In this document: positions 55,173-64,000 of the stretch, piece by piece
Layout: every line of letters begins with the position of its first letter
Position numbering within the stretch: the first letter of the stretch is position 1
Assembly (NCBI GenBank): GCA_951406725.2
Contig: OX597824.1
Span: 91,202,001-91,266,000 of the forward strand
DNA: 64,000 nt
Direction of reading: 5' to 3'
DNA from: Octopus vulgaris
Taxonomy: Eukaryota
Position numbers and translations under genes: made by a program
The notes under the pieces: generated by a model
What the model saw: the letters and a program-made list of their open reading frames with translations, nothing else
Databases searched by the model: none
What the model was told of the DNA's origin: nothing

Positions 55173-55636
55173 GATTCATAGCAACGGATACAGACAGACA
55201 AAGTCTTCTTCTTCTTGCCTTGGTCCAACGTCTGACTTGTTAACCAAAAACAAATAATATTTTCCGCTATTTTCAGCCCAAAGTTTATTTTGGCCGAACA
55301 CAAAGCTACGTCCTTGACAAGACACAATCTCTTCGTGACTTCACTAAGAACATATTTCTGAACGACTAATGGCACTGGAGGACTGTGCGAAAACCGGTCG
55401 CATACAAACACACACACGCATCTACAAGCTCGCGCATACACCCATAACGAGATTTATATACACAATACACACGCATACACACGTTGATACATATGCGTAT
55501 GTATGTATATATGTATGTTTGTATGTACGTATGTATATATATATGAGCATTAACCTAATATATTTGTTAAAAATTGTCTCTCGTGTGTTGTCCTCTTTTT
55601 GTGTTCATTAACTACAGTTGTGTAAGTATGGCTATA

Positions 55637-55680
<44 letters not shown>

Positions 55681-55701
55681 TGTGTGTGTGTGTATGTGTG
55701 T

Positions 55702-56073
55702 GGAGGCGCAATGGCCCAGTGGTTAAGGCAGCGGACTCGCGGTCGTAGGATTGCGGTTTCGATTCCCAGACCGAGTGTTGTGAGTGTTTATTGAGTGAAA
55801 ACACCTAAAAGCTCCACGAGGCTCCGGCAGGGGTGTGGGGGTGGCGAACCCTGCTGTACTCTTTCACCATAGCTTTCTCTCACTCTTTCTTTCTGTTTCT
55901 GTTGTACCTGTATTTCAAAGGGGCCGGCCTTGCCATACATTGTGTCACGCTGAATTTCCCCGAGAAATATGTTAAGGGTAGACGTGTCTGTGGAGTGCTC
56001 AGCCACTTACACGTTAATTTCATGATCATCGGGTCAACTGGAATCCACGTTGTCGTTACAGACGGAGTGCCAC
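55702..56073 (+). mobile_element. SINE family A, tail type 1
   Basis: Matches 9756-10144. Confidence 0.88.
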
Positions 56074-56096
56074 GTATATGTGTGTGTGTGTGTATA

Positions 56097-56500
56097 CAGG
56101 AGTGGCTGTGTGGTAAGTAGCTTGTTTACCAACCACATGGTTCCGGGTTCAGTCCCACTGCGTGGCACCTTGGGCAAGTATCTTCTACTATAGCCTCGGG
56201 CCGGCCAAAGCCTTGTGAGTGGATTTGGTGGACTGAAACTGAAAAGAAGCCCGTCGTATATATGTATATATATATATATGCGTGTGTGTGTTTGTGTGTC
56301 TGTGTTTGTCCCCCTAGCATTGCTTGACAACCGATGCTGGTGTGTTTATGTCCCCGTTACTTAGCGGTTCGGCAAAAGAGACCGATAGAATCAGTACTAG
56401 GCTTACAAAAGAATAAGTCCCGGGGTCGAGTTGCTCGATTAAAGCCGGTGCTCCAGCATGGCCGCAGTCAAATGACTGAAACAAGTTAAAAGAGTAAAAA
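56097..56500 (+). mobile_element. SINE family B
   Basis: Matches the consensus. Confidence 0.9.
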
Positions 56501-56510
56501 AAGATATATA

Positions 56511-56549
<39 letters not shown>

Positions 56550-56789
56550 TGGTTTGGCTGCTATTTTGTACCTTTATTCTGTATCTAAATATACTGACAC
56601 AGTAGAAACGGTGGTCGTTTATGCATGGTGTAATCATCATTTAAACGTGCTCTTCTCCATTCTTGTTCAAGAGGTCTTATACTCGGGATTTCGTGAAATT
56701 CTTCTTACCGATATTTGGATCTACTGCAATCCCTCGCCATATCGTGGTTCCCCAATAGCGGTTCACCTATTACGCTTTATTCTTTCCTA

Positions 56790-57146
56790 CTCTAGGCAAA
56801 AGGCCCGAAATTTTGGGGGAAGGGGCCAGTCGATTAGATCGACCCCGAACTGATGAAAGGCAAAGTCAACCTCCGCGGAATTTGAACTCAGAACGTAAAG
56901 ACAGACAAAATACCTATTTCTTTATTACCCACAAGGGGCTAAACACAGAGGGGATAAACAAGGACAGACAAAAGGATTAAGTCGATTACATCGATCCCAG
57001 TGCGTAACTGGTACTTATTTAATCGACCCCGAAAGGATGAAAGGCAAAGTCGACCTCGGCGGAATTTGAACTCGCAACGTAAAGACAGACGAAATACTGC
57101 TAAGCATTTCGCCCGGTGTGCTAACGAGTCTACCAACCCACCGCCT
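56790..57146 (-). mobile_element. SINE family C, head plus one 184-bp unit plus a partial unit
   Basis: AAATAC recurs at 56908 and 57092; same junction as the arrays at 16240 and 59731. Confidence 0.82.
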
Positions 57147-58019
57147 TAATCCTAACTGTAAAATTATGTCAGGAAAGAAGCCAGAAATGGTTGCAGCATC
57201 AATGGTAACCGTACCACGGTGCCAATAAGCTTTCGATTCGAATCAATCAGCGTTCACCCAGTAAACTACAGCCATCCATATTTAATAAACTATTAAATAG
57301 AAATAAAAACGAAAACATCAGAGATATGATGTAGTTTGTTGTGTGTACGTACGTTCTGGGAATTGTGTCTGTGGAATATTGGCGTGAAATTAACGAAGCT
57401 GTATCGATCTGATAATCAATAGTGTGAATGGAATAGATAGGATGGGCTGGAGTATAGAGGGAAGGAAGGGGTTTAAGGGTGTAGGTTGGTGGGGGGAGAT
57501 AAAGAGGAGGAAGGCGGGGGTGGAGGTGGAAGAGGAGAGAGTGGAGTCAAGATAAAGGGTGTAGATGGGGAGGGAGGAGGGAGAAGTGTGGAGGAGAGAG
57601 AGTGTGTGTGTGTGTGTGTAAGTTAATGGATGAGTAGAAGGAAGAGAAGATGGAGAATAAGAGAGAGAGAGAGAGAGAGAGAGCGAAGATGAATAGATAT
57701 AGGGAAAGAAAGAGTAAAAAGAAAGGAGAGATAGAGAGAATGAGGGAAAGAGAAAGAAAATGAGAGAAAGAGAGAGGTGAAGAACCATGTGAAGGAGAGT
57801 GAAGAAAGTAAAGGGAGTGGGGGAGATGTCGAGAAGAGAGAAAGCAACGAAGAAACGGTGGAGATAATGAGAGAGAGGGGGAGAGAGGTGGAGAAAGGGA
57901 GGGAGTGACCCCCATGAAAGAAGCAAGGAGGGAATAAAGAAAAAGAAGAAATAAAACAAGGAATGAAAGAAGAAAGATAGAAAAGAGAGGAGTGTGGGGA
58001 GAGGTGTAGCTATATATAC

Positions 58020-58256
58020 ATCTTTTATTTGTTTTAATCATTTAAATGCGACCCTGCTGGAGCACCGGCTTCAAGACATTTTAGTCGAATAACTCGACCC
58101 TAGAACTTATTTTTTTAAAGCCTGGTACGTATTCTATCGATCTCTTTTTGCCGAACCACTAAGTTACTGAGACGCGACTACACCAGCACCAGTTGTCAAG
58201 CGGTGATGGGGTGACAAACACAGACGCAATAATGCACACACACACACATACACACA

Positions 58257-58291
<35 letters not shown>

Positions 58292-58436
58292 TCAACGGGC
58301 TTTTAGTTTCTGTTTACCAAATCCACTCACAAGACTTTAGAGGGCCCGAGGCACCTGTCCAAGATGACACGCTGTGGAACTGAACCCAAAACCACGTGCT
58401 TAGGAAGCAAGCTTCTTAGCACACAATCACTTCTGC

Positions 58437-58437
<1 letters not shown>
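58020..58437 (-). mobile_element. SINE family B, diverged; head-to-head with a 5' half at 58474-58690
   Basis: Reverse complement of the consensus; another 5' half lies at 59105-59255. Confidence 0.75.
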
Positions 58438-58473
<36 letters not shown>

Positions 58474-58718
58474 AGCGCAGGAGTGACTGTGTGGTAGGTA
58501 GCTTGCTTACCCACCAGATGGTTCCGGGTACAGTCCCTCTGCGTGATACATTGGGCAAGTGCCTTCTACTATAGTCTCGGGCCGTCTAATTCCTTGTGAG
58601 TAAATATGGTAGACGGAAACTGAAAGAAGCCTGTCTTATATATATATGTCTGTGTGTGTCTGTCTGTGTTTGTCCCCCACCACCATCGCTTATGTTTAGC
58701 CCCTTCTGGGCAGTAAAG

Positions 58719-58783
<65 letters not shown>

Positions 58784-59252
58784 AGGAGAGAGTAAGAGGC
58801 AGATATTTACATTAACAATGAGATTAGTAAGTCCCAAACGAATTTTTGTTCATTTCGTCCGATTCGCCTCTCGATCCCAGTGGACAGAGCTGGGCTGTGG
58901 CTTGCGTGTCAGACTCTCTCAATTACTACAACGTAGTTTGCAGAAAGTGGCCGACGAAACGATCGAAGCAAGCTCGGTTTGCAAAAATAGAGGATGTCCC
59001 AACAATAGATAAGTACTTCCACGTGTTTGCTTCACGGGATTTTCCAGAGTTTATTTTCTGTGCTCCACATGTACATCACATAGAAAAATGTCGGAGTCGT
59101 AAACAGGCACAGGCGTGGCTGTGTGGTAAGTAGCTTGCTTACCAACCACATGGTCCCGGGTTCAGTCCCACTGCGTGGCACCATTGGCAAGTGTCTTCTA
59201 CTATAGCTTCTGGCCGACCATAACTTTGTGAGTGGATTTAGTAGTCGGAAAC

Positions 59253-59306
<54 letters not shown>

Positions 59307-59730
59307 TGTCTGTTTGAGCATGCCCTTGTGTGCATGTGTTCGTTTAATTAATTCCATACCATTGTTTCAGACAGTCCTCTCAGAAGCTACTACCAGTCCT
59401 TTGTGGATCGGAGGAAGAAAGGACGGAAATAAAGGGTTCAATACTTCGTTTCAACACAGTTTCGCCAGAATCCTCGCCCAGAGATGAAAGCATTTGGTAT
59501 TCCACCTTAATTTCCCTTACGGGAATTTTTTCGATGGTTTATGGCTTAGCAGATGAAATTTGTCTGCATCTCACTGGCAAGTTGGTCTTTACAAGTCCCT
59601 GAAGAAAGACAAGGGAAACCGTCGTGGTACTTTACTGCAAAAATTCTAAGACGTTTGTCACCAGGGGCCATTCTCAAAACTATTGGTAGGACCTTCGAGA
59701 CAGATGAGTCGAGCAAAACGGAGGAAGCTA

Positions 59731-60514
59731 TCTTATTTCTTTACTACCTACAAGGGGCTAAACACAGATAGGACAAACAAGGACAGACAAAGGGGTTAAG
59801 TCGATTACATCGACCCCAGTGCGTAACTGGTACTTATTTAATCGACCCCGAAAGGATGAAAGGCAAAGTCGACCTCGGCCGAATTTGAACTCAGAACGTA
59901 ACGGCAGACGAAATACCTTTTTCTTTACTACCCACAAGGGGCTAAACACAGAGGGGACAAACAAGGACAGACAAATGGATTAAGTCGATTATATCGACCC
60001 CAGTGCGTAACTGGTACTTATTTAATCGACCCCGAAAGGATGAAAGGTAAAGTCGACTTCGGCCAAATTTGAACTCAGAACGTAAAGACAGACGAAATAC
60101 CTATTTCTTTACTACCCACAAGGGGCTAAACACAGAGAGGACAGACAAGGACAGACAAACGGATTAAGTCGATTATATCGACCCCAGTGCGTAACTGGTA
60201 CTTATTTTATCGACCCCGAAATGATGAAAGGCAAAGTCGACCTCGGCGGAATTTGAACTCAGGACGTAAAGACAGACGAAATACCTATTTCTTTACTACC
60301 CACAAGGGGCTAAACACAGAGAGGACAGACAAGGACAGACAAACGGATTAAGTCGATTATATCGACCCCAGTGCGTAACTGGTACTTATTTTATCGACCC
60401 CGAAATGATGAAAGGCAAAGTCGACCTCGGCGGAATTTGAACTCAGGACGTAACGGCAGAAGAAATACGGCTACGCATTTCGCCCGGTGTGCTAACGTTT
60501 CTGCCAGCTCGCCG
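59731..60514 (-). mobile_element. SINE family C, one head plus four tandem 184-bp units
   Basis: AAATAC recurs at 59911, 60095, 60279 and 60463. Confidence 0.92.
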
Positions 60515-61061
60515 AAGCTATCGCCACGTCTCATGGGTTCTTGTTGTAGAAAGCAACATGTACTAATTTCGAGCTATTCTCAGACTTCTGGGAATTTCCA
60601 CTAAATGTACCCAAGAAGCAGGTACCGGATTTAATCCATAACCGACCATACATCGGATCATATACTACATTTGATAAGCATGTATTAGTCTTTGTAGGCG
60701 ATTGACAATGCAACTACAAGAGTAAAGATGGTAAACACATTTTTCACAAATACGCAAAAAATATTTTTGATTAGAAAAACAAAAATAGCGAAACGTTCTT
60801 TAAAAATATGAAATCAAAATTGGAAATAGGAAGATTGTAGGAGCTCCAGTGTATGTATCCTTTCCACATTGAAAATTCCAGTAGCGGTTTGTGGTGGAGC
60901 AAAACTAAACAAGAATAACACCTGCCAACATGAAAAGCTTAATGGAAAAGTGCAACGAAATTTTTGTTTGAGTCGATGATTTTGAACACGATATGCGTGT
61001 AAGACGAGCTGCTGCTCATTAACACAAGGAGACACACACACGCGCGCTTAACAGACACTGT

Positions 61062-61131
<70 letters not shown>

Positions 61132-61278
61132 GAGAGAGAAAGAGAGAAAGATAGAGGATGAGGGGAAGAGAAGGTTTTTTTAATGAGATCTGCGGCTGTG
61201 ATATTGATTCTGAGATACAGATTACAGTCAGAAGCAGAATGTGTGATCATTTCTAAGCCAGGATATATATTCACATAT

Positions 61279-61447
<169 letters not shown>

Positions 61448-61471
61448 GTATGTGTGTGTGTGTGTGTGTGT

Positions 61472-61760
61472 GGAGGCGCAATGGCCCAGTGGTTAGGGTA
61501 GCGGACTCGCGGTTTCGATTCCCAGACCGGACGTTGTCAGTGTTTATAGAGCGAAAACACCTAAAGCTCCACGGTGCACCGGTAGGGGGTGGTGGTGAAC
61601 CCTGCCGTACTCTTTTGCCACAACTTTCTCTCACTCTTTCTTCTGTTGGCCTGCTCGCTTAGCCAGCGGGGTGGCGTCATTCGAAGGCTAAAACAATGCG
61701 AAGCGCATTGTGACCAGCGATGTGTAACAACATCTCATAGCCTGGTCGGTCACGGTGATA
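61472..61760 (+). mobile_element. SINE family A head with tail type 4
   Basis: Head as at 9756 until ~61647, then unrelated GGCCTGCTCGCTTAGCCAGCGG...CACGGTGATA. Confidence 0.82.
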
Positions 61761-61774
61761 TATATATATATATA

Positions 61775-62135
61775 CTAGCTTAAGATGACCCGCTCTACGC
61801 GCGGGTGAGGGTTTGGTTGTTACTTTCTGTTGCTTCCTTTCTGCTTTTTATCACCACATTCACCCTCTTTGTTTCTCTCCTCTTTCTCTCTCACTTTCCC
61901 ACTCTCTTACTCTTCCTTTCTCTCGGACTCTCCCCCGCTTTCTCTTACTCTCTTTCTTTCTTTATCTATTTCTCTCCCATTTATAAACAACAAAAGATCT
62001 TGAGTAAGTTGAGAAAGTAAAATATTTGAAAGATCAGTCATAAATATCAGGCAGTGACAACGGAAAGGTCTGCTTCAAGGCAGAAAGCAAAACGCTAACA
62101 TTTAAAAGGGACAGACGAACTTGCGAGCTGAATAA
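61775..62135 (-). mobile_element. Helitron 3' end / degenerate non-autonomous Helitron
   Basis: Minus strand ACCCGCGCGTAGAGCGGGT hairpin then CTAG|T in (TA)n; the 5' limit is uncertain. Confidence 0.6.
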
Positions 62136-62286
62136 AAATTAAAAAAATATTGGAAACCAAAGTTTGAAGGGATAAAATCTGGGTGTGCGTGTGTGTGCGC
62201 GCTCGCATGTATGTGTGTGCTGATACTGATGATGATGATGATGATGATGGAGATGGTGATGATGATGATGATGATGATGGAGATGG

Positions 62287-62374
<88 letters not shown>

Positions 62375-62436
62375 GATGATGATGATGGCGTTGACGATCA
62401 CGAGGATGATGATGATGGATGATGATGATGATTATG

Positions 62437-62468
<32 letters not shown>

Positions 62469-62773
62469 GATGACGATGACGATGACGATGTTGATGATGA
62501 CGACTGTAATGAAGAGTGTGTGTTTGCGCGTGTGTGTGCGCTGCCACTTTAGCCTGGGTGTGGTTCCCGATACGTTGTTACTAAACACCTCACCTTTCGT
62601 TAGAACACCGTAACAATATACTGCTTCTTGTGGCACGGCTAGGCTTATATTAATGGTCATGGTGGTGGTGGTCATGGTGGTGGTGGTGGTGATGGTTGAG
62701 GTGATGATGATAAGCGGTATAAAGAGCAGCAGTAGTAGCAGTGGCAGCAGCTGTAACAACATCGTCGTCGTCG

Positions 62774-62805
<32 letters not shown>

Positions 62806-62870
62806 TTCATCATCATCTTCTTTTCATGTTGCTATGGTACCGACAATGATAACAATATTGATAGAACTCA

Positions 62871-63188
62871 GGCACTCCGTCGGTTACGACGACGAGGGTT
62901 CCAGTTGATCCGATCAACGGAGCTGACAGCTCGGGAAACTTACGTGCAAAGTGGTTGAGTATTCCACAGATGCACCTGCACTAAATGTAGTTCTCAGGGA
63001 GACTCAGCGTGACACAGAATGTGACACAGTTGGCCTTTTTGAATTATAGATACAACTAATTTTTGCCAGCTGAGTGGACTGAAGCAACGTGAAACACAGT
63101 GCCTTGGTCAAAGACACAGCGCCCCGCCGGGTATCAAACCCACGACTATATAATCGTGAGCTAACCACCCTAACAACTAAGTGACGCG
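62871..63188 (-). mobile_element. SINE with tail type 1 but a different head/core
   Basis: 62871-63055 matches the family A tail 1; 63060-63188 is a different, CORE-like head region. Confidence 0.7.
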
Positions 63189-63311
63189 ACTCGAATATCA
63201 GTGGAAATATTTGGGGATGCTAAATTTTTTGTATGTATGCATATATGTATATATATGTATGGATATATATATATATATGTATGTATGGATATATATATGC
63301 ATGTATGTGTA

Positions 63312-63383
<72 letters not shown>

Positions 63384-63500
63384 TATTGGGTTGGCAACTA
63401 AGTTCCCGCCATTTTTTTCTGCTGATATACCCTCCAGCCTTCATCAGGTGTCTTGGTGAAATTTCGTACCTGGGTTCTCATTCTTAAGGTATTTTGCGAT
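63384..63500 (+). mobile_element. mariner-type terminal fragment
   Basis: TA|TTGGGTTGGCAACTAAGTT resembles mariner TIRs. Confidence 0.5.
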
Positions 63501-63505
63501 GTTGT

Positions 63506-63567
<62 letters not shown>

Positions 63568-63571
63568 TTAC

Positions 63572-63626
<55 letters not shown>

Positions 63627-63630
<4 letters not shown>

Positions 63631-63696
63631 TCACTGTCTGGAATCGAACTCGGAATCTTGGGCTTAGTAGCCCGCGCTCTTACCCACTAAGCCATT
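63627..63696 (-). mobile_element. Short tRNA-like SINE or tRNA pseudogene with (AAT)n tail
   Basis: Minus strand TGGCTTAGTGG A-box and GAGTTCGATTCC B-box; no acceptor stem; runs into (AAT)n. Confidence 0.65.
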
Positions 63697-64000
63697 TGCA
63701 AATATGGAACACATAGGATGTTGTAAAAGAGCTCACACCTGTCACCTGACTTCACCGTTTTGGGATAGTAACGTGTCAGTGGAAGACAGGCTCGACGACG
63801 ATCAAGCTGCTAATGAGGGCTTCGACAAAAGCACATTATGCAGGCCCATTTCGGAGGGTTTTCAAGTCACGTATTATGAATAGCTTGCCAAAATCGTTGG
63901 CCTCGTTGGGATACAGAGCGTTATATCAACGTATGTGTAACTGTATAGATACGCCTGTACGAACAGAAAAAGTGTCCTCAATGTGGTTGAGCAAGAGATA

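Noticed and set aside
58846-59133. ORF with CAP-domain-like words (TELGCG, VVC..WP)
   Set aside because: The motifs lie in different frames and are too short to support homology.
59731-60514. CRISPR or rRNA/tRNA tandem array
   Set aside because: The units are SINE C bodies with no spacers and no cloverleaf.
63627-63696. Functional tRNA gene
   Set aside because: There is no acceptor stem and it ends in an (AAT)n tail, so it is SINE-like. The same applies to all SINE heads here.

Overview
Repeat-dominated eukaryotic (animal) genomic DNA. The SINE families and extreme microsatellite density suggest an octopus/coleoid cephalopod (inference). No intact host protein-coding gene can be supported: nearly all ORFs in the track are translated microsatellites or SINEs. 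Solid features are (1) one initiator tRNA-Met gene (25322-25393) with a G30-U40 variant, lying between ~320-350-bp direct repeats; (2) dozens of tRNA-derived SINEs from at least three main families; (3) several Helitron/Helentron elements, one carrying a PIF1-like helicase fragment and one with a head-to-tail rolling-circle junction and an internal 116-bp tandem array; (4) decayed Tc1/mariner transposons (DD37D maT-like and mariner-like), MITEs and LINE remnants (R4/Dong-like in (TAA)n, RTE-like, CR1-like). The most interesting signals are short non-coding elements in (TA)n that carry minimal Penelope-type hammerhead ribozyme motifs, a SINE found as one head plus n x 184-bp units with the same junction at three loci, one SINE head joined to four different tails, and several long hairpins. 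All alignments and folds were done by eye.
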